From contig NZ_CAURTC010000020.1 of assembly GCF_963527835.1 (NCBI RefSeq), positions 663 to 64,662 on the forward strand: DNA of 64,000 nt, given 5' to 3'. This document shows, piece by piece, positions 50,604 to 61,485 of this stretch. Origin of the DNA: an uncultured Clostridium sp. GTDB lineage: Bacteria > Bacillota > Clostridia > Clostridiales > Clostridiaceae. A program made the translations under genes and the position numbers. The notes below the pieces were generated by a model. The model searched no databases. It worked only from the letters and a program-made list of their open reading frames with translations, and was not told where the DNA came from. Every line of letters begins with the position of its first letter. Within the stretch, counting starts at the first letter, position 1.

Positions 50604-52337
50604 TTATAATTCTAAATTAAGGTTATCAAAATCTTTTGGTTCTACTATTAATGTCTTATTTGTATGATAAATTACCATTCCAGGTTTTGCGCCATTTGGT
50701 TTTTTAAGTTCCTTAACTTTTGTATAGTCAACTGGAACTTTTGAAGAATTTTTAGCTTTGCTATAGTAAGCAGCTATTATTGCAGCTTCTTCTAAAGTTT
50801 TATCTGGTATTTCATATTCAGCAATAATAACATGAGAACCAGGTATATCTTTTGTATGTAGCCAAAGATAATTTTTATTAGCAAATTTTAAACTTAAATA
50901 ATCATTTTGTAAGTTATTTTTACCAACATAGATATCTATACCATCACTAGATTTAAAGTGATGTGGTTTAGATGTCTTTTTCTTTTTATTGATTTTATCA
51001 GATTTTTTGAATCGTATATAACCAGTTTCAACAAGTTCATTTTTTATATCGCCTATTTCATAATAGCTTTCTACATTTTGAATATTAGTAAGAACAGAAT
51101 TTAAATACTCTTCTTCTTTAATATTTTTATCAAGCTGAGATTTAGCGTATTCTTCTGAAACTTTTAGTTTATTATATTTCTTATAGTAAGCTTGAACATT
51201 TTCAGAAGGAGTCTTAAAAGGATCTAATCTTATTTCTAAATATTCTTCTTGTTCACTATAATAATTTAACAGAGAAGCGTTAGTATCACCTTTTTTTATA
51301 CTATATATATATGATGTTAGTAAATCACCCTTAATTCTCGAACTTTCTTTTTCATCACATTCTTTTAAAGTTTCATGTAAAATTTTTGATTTCTTTTTGC
51401 ATCTATCTATGTTTGTGATAATTAATTTTTGCAAATCTATAGATTTATTATGAAGTCTATCTTGTTTATCTTTTTTATAAAAGAAATTATCCATAAGTAC
51501 ATTAGGATCATCATATTCTATAGTGGAAAAATTAGCTTCTAAAGAAGATAATTTTAAGAAATAAAAATCCTTATAAACTCCACTATCATTAGTGTAGATA
51601 TTATATGAAAGATTTTTATTAAGATTTAATATAAAATTCTTAAAAATTTCATAAATTTCTTCTCTAGTAGGTGATGAATTGGATTTTATAATGTTATAAT
51701 ATAAATCTGAAGACAATAATTTACTAATACCTGTAAAAGTTTTTGAAAAGAAACTTTCATCAAAAATTATTGAATTATTAGATATAAAATTATTGAAATC
51801 TTCATATTCAAATAATAGAGGATTTAATTTATTAGATTCTGGTGGATAGACATAATTAACACCAGGATAGAGAACTCTAAAAGTATTAATATCTGGAGTT
51901 ATGTGTTTTATTGATTCCATAACCTTATTATCTCTATTTCTAACTAATGTGATATTAGAATGTCGACCCATAATTTCAATTATAAGTGAATAAATGCTAT
52001 TAAAGCCTAATTCATCACGATTTTCTATATCCATTACTAAAACTCTATCATTGTTTTTTTGAGTTAATTTAGTAATTCTACCACCTAATAAGTATTTACG
52101 TAGCACCATTAAATACATTGGTGCTTTTATAGGATTGCTTTTAGTTGAATTGGTTAAGTGAATTCTAGCAAATCTTGGAGATGCCGATATTAAAAGCTTT
52201 AAATTTTTACGTTCTTTTCTTAGTGTTAAGATTACTTCATCCTTTTCAGGCTGATTTATTTTATCTATTTTAGAATCTAATATTGAATTTTTTAAATCGT
52301 TAACTAAACTATATAAGTAGATACCGTCTAGTGCCAT
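50604..52337 (-). CDS. rqcH: NFACT family ribosome quality-control protein RqcH (FbpA/PavA-like)
   Basis: MALDG start after SD AGAAAGGA; EIMGRHSN, GKNNLQND and HTKDIPGSHV motifs. Confidence 0.92.
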   Translation of the reverse strand: MALDGIYLYSLVNDLKNSILDSKIDKINQPEKDEVILTLRKERKNLKLLISASPRFARIHLTNSTKSNPIKAPMYLMVLRKYLLGGRITKLTQKNNDRVLVMDIENRDELGFNSIYSLIIEIMGRHSNITLVRNRDNKVMESIKHITPDINTFRVLYPGVNYVYPPESNKLNPLLFEYEDFNNFISNNSIIFDESFFSKTFTGISKLLSSDLYYNIIKSNSSPTREEIYEIFKNFILNLNKNLSYNIYTNDSGVYKDFYFLKLSSLEANFSTIEYDDPNVLMDNFFYKKDKQDRLHNKSIDLQKLIITNIDRCKKKSKILHETLKECDEKESSRIKGDLLTSYIYSIKKGDTNASLLNYYSEQEEYLEIRLDPFKTPSENVQAYYKKYNKLKVSEEYAKSQLDKNIKEEEYLNSVLTNIQNVESYYEIGDIKNELVETGYIRFKKSDKINKKKKTSKPHHFKSSDGIDIYVGKNNLQNDYLSLKFANKNYLWLHTKDIPGSHVIIAEYEIPDKTLEEAAIIAAYYSKAKNSSKVPVDYTKVKELKKPNGAKPGMVIYHTNKTLIVEPKDFDNLNLEL

Positions 52338-52599
52338 TGTAATTCGTCCTTTCTTAGTGCGACTAGGCAAAAAATAATGCCTTTAAGATAGTATAACATT
52401 ATAACTGCTTTATTATCAAATATTCATATTACATAGCAAAGCAATAATATTTTATTTATAAAAACTTTTAAATTTAACGTTAATTTTAAGATATTATTAA
52501 TAATTTAGTATAAGTTAAATTCAAATGCCATTGGGGCATTAAGTTAAATTGCTAATAATTATTTAAGTAAAAATAAGATAAATTGGGGGAGATATTAAA

Positions 52600-53421
52600 A
52601 TGGAATTTTATAAGATGCATGGAGCAGGAAATGATTTTATTTTTATTGAAGACTTTAATTGTGAAATTAAAGATGAATGTGATTTAGCCAAAAAAGTTTG
52701 TAATAGACGTTTTGGAATTGGAGCTGATGGTTTAATTATTGTTAGAAAATCAGAAAATTCATCAGCAAAAATGGTTATTATAAATTCTGATGGCTCTAGA
52801 GCAAATATGTGTGGAAATGCAATAAGATGTTTTGGAAAATATATTTATGAAAATAAAATCATAAATAGTATTAAGTTTTCAGTTGAAACAGGAGATGGTA
52901 TTAAGGAAATAGAATTAATACTAAGAGATGATAAAGTAGAATATGTAAAAGTGTATATGGGAAAACCATCTTTTCATGGAAGAGACATACCATTGAATAA
53001 TTTAGAAGAATTGATAGATAAGGAAGTTATTATAGATAAAGAAAAATATAATATGACAAGTTTACTAATGGGAGTGCCTCATACTATTATTTTTGAAAAG
53101 GATAAGGAATATGAGGTTAAAGAAGGAGAAAAGATAGAAAAATTTTCTTTATTTAAAGAAGGAACAAACGTTAATTTTGTAAAGGTTAATGATGAAAATC
53201 ATATACGTGTAAATACATGGGAAAGAGGAGCTGGAGCAACACTTGCTTGTGGTACCGGTTGTTGTGCTTCAGTTGTAGTTGCAAAGAAACTAGGATATGT
53301 AAGTGGAGAAAAGATATTTGTAAAGGCTCCAGGTGGAAATCTTATAATAGAAGTTCTAGAAGATGGAGTATATATGAGTGGACCAGCAGAATTTATTTGT
53401 AAAGGAAATATTATTTTATAG
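52600..53421 (+). CDS. dapF: Diaminopimelate epimerase
   Basis: KMHGAGNDF, MCGNAIRC and ERGAGATLACGTG motifs. Confidence 0.96.
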   Translation: MEFYKMHGAGNDFIFIEDFNCEIKDECDLAKKVCNRRFGIGADGLIIVRKSENSSAKMVIINSDGSRANMCGNAIRCFGKYIYENKIINSIKFSVETGDGIKEIELILRDDKVEYVKVYMGKPSFHGRDIPLNNLEELIDKEVIIDKEKYNMTSLLMGVPHTIIFEKDKEYEVKEGEKIEKFSLFKEGTNVNFVKVNDENHIRVNTWERGAGATLACGTGCCASVVVAKKLGYVSGEKIFVKAPGGNLIIEVLEDGVYMSGPAEFICKGNIIL

Positions 53422-53447
53422 CTATAAATTAATTGAGGGGATAAAAA

Positions 53448-54452
53448 ATGAGCGTGTTAAAAAAGAAAAAAATGAGTATTCTAGTATTTATTGTTCTACC
53501 TCTGCTTATGCTTGGATGTTCAGCTAAGAATGATGAACCTGTTAGCGTAGCAGAGGAATTACAAATTAATCAAGGTGCAATATTAAAATATGAAGAAGAT
53601 AAGTATAACTTATATGATTACGAAAAAGATGAATATAAATTATACGAACCAAATAAAGCAGTAGTAGCTTATGACGAATCAAGTTCTAATTATATATACA
53701 GTGAAGATAAAAAATATTATATTGTACATAACGGAGAAAAAAATGAAGTAAAAGATAAGAAATTTACAGACATAAAAATATCCCCTAATGGAAAATATAT
53801 ATCATACTTTATAGAAGATGAAGGGTTGCATTTAAAAGTATTTGAAACAGATAAAAATAAAGAAGTTAAAATTAATTCTAAAGTATCTGTATCAGGTGTT
53901 TTATATGATTGGTATGATGAAAATATCATTCTTTATTATGGAGTTAGTAATGATGGTGTAAATGGAATTTTCACATATGATTTAGATAATAATAAAGAAA
54001 ATCTTATTTATAAAATAGATGAGGGATTTTTAGGATTTATAAAATCTTCAAAAGAAAATGTTATATTTTTACAAATGGATTTCGATAACAATAAAGAGCT
54101 AATGATACTTAATAAATCCAATAATGAAGTGGTATTATTAACTGATAAAATTGAGTTATTACAGGATGCTATAATTGAAAATGATGAAATATATTTTGTT
54201 GGAAAAGCTTATAATGATAAGGAATCTCTTTATAAAGTGAATGGAAATAAGGTACAGAGGTTAGTATTTGACTTTCCTTCAATAGTAGAAGCTGATAAGG
54301 GTTTAAGTATTGACAAAAATGGAGAAATCTTATTTATAGGTAAAGATAATAGCTCAAAAAAGAAAGCAGTATATAGTTGTTCTGAAGATAAGACAATAAG
54401 TTTGGTATCAGATAAAGCTAGTGATTACGATTTTATAAGATTTAATAAATAA
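53448..54452 (+). CDS. Lipoprotein, probable beta-propeller
   Basis: Lipobox MLGC; ISPNGKYISY motif. Confidence 0.75.
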   Translation: MSVLKKKKMSILVFIVLPLLMLGCSAKNDEPVSVAEELQINQGAILKYEEDKYNLYDYEKDEYKLYEPNKAVVAYDESSSNYIYSEDKKYYIVHNGEKNEVKDKKFTDIKISPNGKYISYFIEDEGLHLKVFETDKNKEVKINSKVSVSGVLYDWYDENIILYYGVSNDGVNGIFTYDLDNNKENLIYKIDEGFLGFIKSSKENVIFLQMDFDNNKELMILNKSNNEVVLLTDKIELLQDAIIENDEIYFVGKAYNDKESLYKVNGNKVQRLVFDFPSIVEADKGLSIDKNGEILFIGKDNSSKKKAVYSCSEDKTISLVSDKASDYDFIRFNK

Positions 54453-54455
54453 AAT

Positions 54456-54500
54456 AAAACGCTGAAATTAGAGAGTAACTTCTTTAATTTTGGCGTTTTT
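54456..54500 (+). terminator. Intrinsic terminator
   Basis: aaaacgctgaaattagaga/tctttaattttggcgtttt. Confidence 0.8.
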
Positions 54501-54546
54501 ACTATTTTTTGAATATATTTACATGAAGAGGGTATAGTACTTAATA

Positions 54547-55923
54547 ATGATGAGGGGAGGTATAAATATAATTGAATATAAAATTAGAGATGTAGATGTA
54601 AGCATTTCGAGAAGGATAAGTAAAAAGATATCCGACAAATATAAAGTTATTCCTATAAAACAAGAAAAAAATACAACTATTGTATTAGGACATGAAATCA
54701 AAGATGAAGCAGAAGAATACTTAAGATTTATTTATAATAATAAAATCATTTTAAAAGAAATAAGTAAACAAAATTATGACTATTTAAGAGATATCATATT
54801 TAAAGTAGAAGATGAAGATATAGAAAATACTTTAATTTATAATGCTATTTTAAGGAATGCTAGTGATATACATTTTGAACCTTGCGAAAAAGAGGTAGAT
54901 ATAAGATATAGAATTAATGGTGGATTAATTCTAGTTCACAAAATGCTTTTATCTGAATATTTAACTTTAGCTTCAAAAATAAAGCTTAAAGCTAATATGG
55001 ATATATCAGAAAGAAGAAAGCCACAAGATGGAAAAATACTTATAAATTATAACGATAATAATTATGATTTAAGGGTTTCATCTATTCCGGTAGTTTATGG
55101 TGAAAAAATAGTTATAAGAATACTATATAGCGAAAATTTTAACTATAAATTAGAAGATTTATACTATTCAAAGGAAAAAATAGAATTAATAAAAAAGATT
55201 ATGTCATTAAAGAAAGGTCTAGTTTTAGTTAATGGACCAACTGGAAGCGGGAAATCGACAACTCTGTATACTATATTGAAAGAAATTAATATAGAAGATA
55301 TAAATATAACAACTCTAGAAGACCCAGTGGAAGCAATCATTCCAAATATCAATCAAATGAGTTTAAATAAAAAATTAGATATAAATTTTTCAAATGGTTT
55401 AAAAAACATATTAAGGCAAGATCCAGACGTTATTATGGTTGGTGAAGTTAGAGATGAAGAGACAGCAGCTATGTCTGTAAGAGCATCAATAACAGGACAT
55501 AAAGTGTACACCACTATCCATACATCAACACCAAGAGAAGTCTTTCTTAGACTTGAGGATATGGGAATAAAACCTTACTTACTTAGAGATTCGATTGTAG
55601 GAATAATATCTCAAAGATTAATAAAAATATTATGTGAAAATTGTAAAAAGGAAGACATTAAAAATACTTATAAGGGAATTAAATTATATAAAAGAGCTGG
55701 TTGCTCAAAATGTAATTATTCTGGATATGAATCAAGAAAACTTATAAGTGCTATATATTTCTTAGATAAGGAATATGACGAAATTGATATCTATAAAGAC
55801 AAGTACTGCTTATCTAATATTGGCATGAAAGATGATTTAGAAAAGTTATTAAAGAGAGGGCAAATATCCTATGAAGATTATGTAAGATTTATGAAAGGAG
55901 AAGGGTTAAATGAGTATCTTTAA
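54547..55923 (+). CDS. GspE/PilB/ComGA family pilus assembly ATPase (start codon uncertain)
   Basis: ASDIHFEP, GPTGSGKSTT, LRQDPDVIMVGEVRD and two CxxC motifs. Confidence 0.92.
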   Translation: MMRGGINIIEYKIRDVDVSISRRISKKISDKYKVIPIKQEKNTTIVLGHEIKDEAEEYLRFIYNNKIILKEISKQNYDYLRDIIFKVEDEDIENTLIYNAILRNASDIHFEPCEKEVDIRYRINGGLILVHKMLLSEYLTLASKIKLKANMDISERRKPQDGKILINYNDNNYDLRVSSIPVVYGEKIVIRILYSENFNYKLEDLYYSKEKIELIKKIMSLKKGLVLVNGPTGSGKSTTLYTILKEINIEDINITTLEDPVEAIIPNINQMSLNKKLDINFSNGLKNILRQDPDVIMVGEVRDEETAAMSVRASITGHKVYTTIHTSTPREVFLRLEDMGIKPYLLRDSIVGIISQRLIKILCENCKKEDIKNTYKGIKLYKRAGCSKCNYSGYESRKLISAIYFLDKEYDEIDIYKDKYCLSNIGMKDDLEKLLKRGQISYEDYVRFMKGEGLNEYL

Positions 55924-56986
55924 GAAAATAGATTGTTTTCTTAAGAAAAGGTACAAGAAAATAAACTACAATGAATTAAGTTTGATCTCTGGAAGCTTAG
56001 CACAATTATATAAAGATGGAATAAAAATAAATGAAGCTTTAAATTTAATAAAAGAAGTTATATTAACTAAAGAATATAAAAGAAGTATTAGTGATATTGT
56101 TAAAAACATAGAAAATGGAATGACATTATCTAATGCTTTCGATGAAAAAAGAGAATTATATCCTAAGTTTTTTATAGGAATAATTTCTATCGGAGAAAAT
56201 TCAGGGAAGTTATATGAAGCTTTAAAGACACTAAAAAATTATTATGGGAAAAGAGCATTTATAAATAAGTATATTATAAGCTCATTAACATATCCAATTA
56301 TATTAATGATAAGTATATTAGCTCTAATGGTATTTTTAGCTTTAGTAGTAATACCTAATTTTCATGGTATTTATTTATCAATAGGAATAAAACCACCTTT
56401 TAGTTGTGAAAAAATATATGAATTAAGTAATTATATAAAAGAAAATCCACTTTTTAGTTTTATATTTTTTATGTGCTGGGGAGTTTTTATACCATTTATA
56501 AGCATAAAGAGATTAATAGATAAAAGATATATAAGTTTATTAAGTAATTTTAAGATTTTCAACAAGTTTTTAGAGTATATAATTGTATTTATATTATCTA
56601 TTATTGTTAATAGTGGAATGAATATTTCGTATGGGCTTAGGTACTGTTCAGATAGTATGAATTTTAATCATATAAGTGACAAACTTAATAAAATTAATGA
56701 AGATATATTAAAAGGAAGTACATTAAGTGAAGCAATAACTGATACAAATATATTTTCTAAATATACAGTTGCAGTAATAAAAGTGAGAGAAGAAAGTGGC
56801 TCTATAGGAGAAGCCTTAAAAGAACTAAGTTTAATATTAGAAGAATCTTTAATTAAAACAGTTAATAAATATCTAAGTTTATTGCAACCATTTCTTATAA
56901 TATTTATATCAATACTTATAACAGTATTTTTTATGATTTTTATTCTGCCTTTATTTGATAGCTTAAAAATAGGAGCAATTAAATGA
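55910..56986 (+). CDS. GspF/PilC/ComGB platform protein
   Basis: GENSGKL...LTYP and EESGSI repeats. Confidence 0.88.
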   Translation: MSIFKKIDCFLKKRYKKINYNELSLISGSLAQLYKDGIKINEALNLIKEVILTKEYKRSISDIVKNIENGMTLSNAFDEKRELYPKFFIGIISIGENSGKLYEALKTLKNYYGKRAFINKYIISSLTYPIILMISILALMVFLALVVIPNFHGIYLSIGIKPPFSCEKIYELSNYIKENPLFSFIFFMCWGVFIPFISIKRLIDKRYISLLSNFKIFNKFLEYIIVFILSIIVNSGMNISYGLRYCSDSMNFNHISDKLNKINEDILKGSTLSEAITDTNIFSKYTVAVIKVREESGSIGEALKELSLILEESLIKTVNKYLSLLQPFLIIFISILITVFFMIFILPLFDSLKIGAIK

Positions 56987-57420
56987 AGAAAAAGGGATTT
57001 ACATTAATAGAAGTAATAGCAAGTTTATCAATAATTATAATAATATTTTCTTTAACGTTATCTATAAAAGATATACATTCTACCATTTCAAATGACATAG
57101 AAAGTAAATCAGCACTTTATGATGTAGAAAATTTATTATCTTATAGTAAAGCTTATTGTAAGAAAAATAAAAAAAATGGAGAAATTCAAATAGATAATAT
57201 AAGAAATAGAATTTTATTTGGAGAAAATGCTAAAAAAACAGTTAAACAAGTTGTTTTGCCAGAAGAAATTAAAATAATTGGTAAAAATGATTGCATACAA
57301 GTAAGATCTGATGGTCACATAAAGCAAGGGAAAACTATAGTGTTTCAAGATAATAAAAATAATATATATAAGGTTACTATAGCAACAGGCATTGATCCTA
57401 TTAATATTAGCGGCTTTTAA
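56983..57420 (+). CDS. Type IV pilin-like protein
   Basis: KKKG|FTLIE class III signal. Confidence 0.88.
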   Translation: MKKKGFTLIEVIASLSIIIIIFSLTLSIKDIHSTISNDIESKSALYDVENLLSYSKAYCKKNKKNGEIQIDNIRNRILFGENAKKTVKQVVLPEEIKIIGKNDCIQVRSDGHIKQGKTIVFQDNKNNIYKVTIATGIDPINISGF

Positions 57421-57451
57421 AAGTATATGAATTTTTAGAAAGGAAATAAGA

Positions 57452-57880
57452 TTGAAAAGTAAAGGAAGTATTCTAATAGAAGCTATTGCAGCATTATTTA
57501 TGTTGAGTTTAATTATAATGTTTTCAACAAGTACTTATATTCATAATAATCGTATATTGAAAGAAAGAATATTAAGGGAAGATTTAAATCGAGGAATATA
57601 TAATATCACCAATGAATTAAAATACAATACTAAAATGAATGAACTTAAAGAAATACTAAATAAAGAACCACTAAAATTAAGTTTTGATGAAGATTTTTTT
57701 GAGGAGTTAATTAGTAAAGAAATTCTAGACCTAACAGAAGGAAATGATATTAAGATTTCTAAAATTAAAGAAGATGATTATAAGCTTGAAATTCTAATTA
57801 CAGGATTTGTTAATAAAGATGATATTCAAGTTAATATAGAAGAAAGTTTTATAAAAATGTGGTGGATGGAGTATGTTTAG
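57452..57880 (+). CDS. Minor pilin-like protein
   Basis: KSKG|SILIE. Confidence 0.78.
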   Translation: MKSKGSILIEAIAALFMLSLIIMFSTSTYIHNNRILKERILREDLNRGIYNITNELKYNTKMNELKEILNKEPLKLSFDEDFFEELISKEILDLTEGNDIKISKIKEDDYKLEILITGFVNKDDIQVNIEESFIKMWWMEYV

Positions 57881-58346
57881 AGACAAAAGAATTTTAAGCA
57901 ATAGAAGAATGATAAGTAAAAAATCAAATGGATTTACCATTATAGAATCAATGGTGTACATTTTCTTTACAACAATAATATTTCTTATATCAACTAACTT
58001 AATTTTTGATAGCTATAAATTATATATACAAAATCAAGAAATCAGTAGAGTATATAATAAAATGCAAAACTTTTATATAAATCTAGATTCAATATTACAA
58101 AAAGACATAATAAGAGATATAGAATTTGGTGAAACATATTTAATCCTTTATAGGGACAAAGACAATGTTTTGATAAGTAAGAATATTAGAAGTGATAAAG
58201 AATCATTAGGTGCAAAGTATCCTGGGCGAATATCCCCTAATATATTACTTAAAGAAGTTAAAGATTTTAAGGTCATACAGAAAGAAAAATTAATTTATTT
58301 AAAGATAGTTGATAAGAGTGGAAGGGTATTTATTAGATGTATATAA
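57873..58346 (+). CDS. Minor pilin-like protein
   Basis: KSNG|FTIIE. Confidence 0.78.
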   Translation: MFRDKRILSNRRMISKKSNGFTIIESMVYIFFTTIIFLISTNLIFDSYKLYIQNQEISRVYNKMQNFYINLDSILQKDIIRDIEFGETYLILYRDKDNVLISKNIRSDKESLGAKYPGRISPNILLKEVKDFKVIQKEKLIYLKIVDKSGRVFIRCI

Positions 58347-58735
58347 AAAGTAAAGGAAACATTATTATAAGTACAATTTTAACATTTTCAATAGTTATGA
58401 TTATAAGTAGCTGTAGCTTTATAGTTATGAGAAATAATAATGAGATGTCATATCTATATAATAATGATGGAGATATTTATAGTTTATTACCAGATGAAGA
58501 GAAATCATTACTGAACTTTAATAAACAATTAAATAAAATGAAGAAGGAAGAAATTTTTATTGAAAATTTTAATATAAAAGATGATATTAGTGAACTAAAG
58601 TATGAAATAGAAAAAGATAAATTTTATTTATTAACAGAAAAGAACATATGTAGAGAATTAAAATATATATTTAAGGAAAGTAAAATATTTTTAATTCCAG
58701 TATATAAAAATATAGATATGAATAGTGAAATTTAA
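58337..58735 (+). CDS. ComGG/PilX-like minor pilin lacking Glu5
   Basis: KSKG|NIIIS followed by a hydrophobic helix. Confidence 0.6.
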   Translation: MYIKSKGNIIISTILTFSIVMIISSCSFIVMRNNNEMSYLYNNDGDIYSLLPDEEKSLLNFNKQLNKMKKEEIFIENFNIKDDISELKYEIEKDKFYLLTEKNICRELKYIFKESKIFLIPVYKNIDMNSEI

Positions 58736-58836
58736 AAAAGTCAATAATGTAAAACAAATTTCAATAATAACTTGTTTATATATTAGAATATCAGTGATAA
58801 TTTAAGAAAGTTTTTAAAGTATTAAGGAAGTGAATT

Positions 58837-59538
58837 ATGAAAAAATCAGTTTTAATTATGAAAAAACATGGCTTTATATATAGGGACAAAGAATACTTAT
58901 TTGAACAGTTTGAAGAAATTGAAAAATTAATGAGCAGAAATAGAGAATTCATAATAATTGAAGAAGAACTATATTCAAGGCACTTTACTGAAAATATAAG
59001 AAAATCACACATATATGAATATATTGAATTTAAGCTAAATAAGGAGTTCCATAAGAATGATGATATATTATATCATTATGAATATGATAAGAAAAATGGT
59101 TTAGTATCAATTTATTCTGTAAAGGGTGGAAAGAGATTAGATGTATTATCTAAAGGCTCAAAGAACATAACGGTTATTCCAATTCAATTTATTATTAAAG
59201 ATATAATCATAGATTCATTAGGAAAAGATGCATTAAATTCTAATTGTATAGTGTATTTTCAAAGTTTTTATTATTATGTTGAATTGGTTAATGGAAAGTT
59301 TAATCGTGCTTTTGTTGAAAATGAACTTGATAATCTAATTAATAGAATAAACGATTTTGAAGTATTAGCTGAGAATAAAGAAAGTACTTTTTATATAGAT
59401 AAGAATATAAAAAACAAAGAAATAATCATATTGGATAATGCCAACAAAGAAATAAAAATAATGAATGTTAATTGTGAGGACGTATTATATGAAAAAATAT
59501 ATAAGAAACGAGAACTTCATTCCAAAAAAATTTTATGA
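58837..59538 (+). CDS. Hypothetical protein, positionally PilM-like
   Basis: Cytoplasmic ORF with SD, inside the pilus cluster. Confidence 0.55.
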   Translation: MKKSVLIMKKHGFIYRDKEYLFEQFEEIEKLMSRNREFIIIEEELYSRHFTENIRKSHIYEYIEFKLNKEFHKNDDILYHYEYDKKNGLVSIYSVKGGKRLDVLSKGSKNITVIPIQFIIKDIIIDSLGKDALNSNCIVYFQSFYYYVELVNGKFNRAFVENELDNLINRINDFEVLAENKESTFYIDKNIKNKEIIILDNANKEIKIMNVNCEDVLYEKIYKKRELHSKKIL

Positions 59539-59917
59539 CCTAAAAATCCAAAAAGAAGAAGAGTATATAAACAAAATAAAATTTTTATTTATAATATTAA
59601 ATTTAATACTTTTACCAATGACATTAAAAAATATATATGTTTGTAAAGAAAATAAATCAAATTTAGCAAGTAATGCTGAAATTAGTGAAATTAAAGTTGA
59701 AGAAAGTAATATTAATGTTGATGATATAGTAACTTGGATTAATAATATATTTTTAGAAGAGGTTGAAAGTGCGTGTGTAGATAAATATGGTGGAGAATTT
59801 AAAATAAATAAAATAGAATCACTACAAAAAATAAGTAATGATATTAATATAAAAAATATAAATAATGACAATACTAATTATATATTAGGAGTAGAATTGA
59901 ATAATGAAAGGAAATAA
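59489..59917 (+). CDS. Single-TM protein, PilN-like
   Basis: NFIP motif before the TM; SD GAGG before ATG 59489. Confidence 0.55.
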   Translation: MKKYIRNENFIPKKFYDLKIQKEEEYINKIKFLFIILNLILLPMTLKNIYVCKENKSNLASNAEISEIKVEESNINVDDIVTWINNIFLEEVESACVDKYGGEFKINKIESLQKISNDINIKNINNDNTNYILGVELNNERK

Positions 59918-60284
59918 AGTATTAGCTATAGTTCTAATTTTTATGTCATGTTTTCAAAGTATAATTTTGTATACTACAAACACATTTAATTCAAATTTTA
60001 AAAAAGAAGAGTTATGTAAAGAAAATGTGACTATAAACGACTATAAAAATGTATCTAATATAAATTCTGAGCTTGAAGATTTTAATAATGTTGAATTTTT
60101 AGAGGGAGAAAAGCAACAAGATGGCAGTTGGATTATATCTTTAAAAATAGAAGGGGAAAAAGATGAAATTTTAGAAAGCGTATCTAAGTTAAGAAATTAT
60201 GATATAAAGAATTATAAAATTGAGCATAATAAAGATAGTGGTTCATTGACAATAGAATTAAGAAAAAATAATATAAAAATGTGA
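59904..60284 (+). CDS. Single-TM protein, positionally PilO-like
   Basis: N-terminal TM; overlaps the previous gene. Confidence 0.5.
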   Translation: MKGNKVLAIVLIFMSCFQSIILYTTNTFNSNFKKEELCKENVTINDYKNVSNINSELEDFNNVEFLEGEKQQDGSWIISLKIEGEKDEILESVSKLRNYDIKNYKIEHNKDSGSLTIELRKNNIKM

Positions 60285-60352
60285 TTTAAAATGTTTTTGT
60301 GCTATTTATGACTATTTTGTAGACTTTTTTTATGTAAAGTAGAGAGAAATAA

Positions 60353-60381
60353 TTGCAATTATTTCTTTCTTTTGATAAAAT
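60353..60381 (+). promoter_or_regulatory. SigA promoter of efp
   Basis: TTGCAA-17-TAAAAT with TG extension. Confidence 0.7.
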
Positions 60382-60475
60382 ATCATTGTTATGTCGAAGT
60401 TTACAACAATTGAACTTTAGTATCTAAATAATAATTTAGATTGTAATTATTTTATAAATTTTGGAGGGATATTTA

Positions 60476-61033
60476 ATGATATCAGCAGGAGACTTAAGAA
60501 AAGGTGTAACTTTTGAGTTTGATGGACAAGTGTTTACAGTTACAGATTTTTTACATGTAAAACCAGGTAAGGGAGCTGCCTTTGTAAGAACTAAGCTTAG
60601 AAATGTAATTTCAGGAGGAGTTGTAGATAGAACATTTAACCCAACTGAAAAATTACAAGAAGCTGTAATAGAAAGAAAAGAAATGCAATATCTTTATTCA
60701 GATGGAGAACTATACTACTTCATGGATCAAGAAACTTTTGAACAAATTCCTTTAAACGCTGAAAAGGTTGAAGATGCAATAAAATATCTAAAAGAAAATA
60801 TGTTTGCAGTTATAAAATTCTTTAAAGGAAGTGCTTTCTCAGTAGAAGCACCAAACTTTGTTGAATTACAAATAACATATACTGAACCAGGTGTTAAAGG
60901 TAACACAGCTACAAACTCATTAAAGCCAGCTACAGTTGAAACAGGAGCAATAATTAATGTTCCAATGTTTGTTAATGATGGTGATGTTATAAGAATAGAT
61001 ACTAGAACAGGAGAATACATGGAAAGAGTTTAA
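60476..61033 (+). CDS. efp: Elongation factor P
   Basis: [14 protein letters not shown] motif; SD GGAGG before ATG 60476. Confidence 0.97.
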   Translation: MISAGDLRKGVTFEFDGQVFTVTDFLHVKPGKGAAFVRTKLRNVISGGVVDRTFNPTEKLQEAVIERKEMQYLYSDGELYYFMDQETFEQIPLNAEKVEDAIKYLKENMFAVIKFFKGSAFSVEAPNFVELQITYTEPGVKGNTATNSLKPATVETGAIINVPMFVNDGDVIRIDTRTGEYMERV

Positions 61034-61061
61034 TTTCTTCATGTATTTAAAGTTTTAATAC

Positions 61062-61101
61062 TAAATAAAGTTGCTAAGTTATTTCTTAGCAACTTTATTT
61101 A
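61062..61101 (+). terminator. Terminator after efp
   Basis: taaataaagttgctaag/cttagcaactttattta. Confidence 0.8.
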
Positions 61102-61119
61102 TAAAAGGAAGTGAGAAAT

Positions 61120-61485
61120 ATGGAAAAATTAAGGAATCAAATTAATGATTTAAAGCTAAATTTATCCCAAATAGAAAGTGACGAATATAAAAATTATTTT
61201 TCATCAATAGTGTCAATTTTAGAAACTATGGATAATAAAATTGAAGAATTAACTGTAAATCAAGAAACTATAGAAGAAAATATTAGATTTATGGATGATG
61301 ACTTAAGCGGTATTCAAGATGAACTTTTTGAAGAAGTATCAATAGATGAATTAAGTGAATTAGAAGATGAGTATGTAGAAGCTACTTGTTGTCATTGTGG
61401 TAATACAGTTTTTGCAGAGCAATCAACTTTAAAAAATAATAATGAAATTCCGTGTCCATATTGCAATAAGAATATTAAAGGATAA
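61120..61485 (+). CDS. CD1247-like protein with C-terminal zinc ribbon
   Basis: Acidic coiled coil plus CxxC...CPYC; lies between efp and spoIIIAA. Confidence 0.75.
   Translation: MEKLRNQINDLKLNLSQIESDEYKNYFSSIVSILETMDNKIEELTVNQETIEENIRFMDDDLSGIQDELFEEVSIDELSELEDEYVEATCCHCGNTVFAEQSTLKNNNEIPCPYCNKNIKG

Noticed and set aside
52330..52344. 14/15 match between the repeat left arm (agtggcattgtaatt) and the antisense of the rqcH start region
   Set aside because: A short match that is plausible by chance given the repeat length; no further complementarity seen
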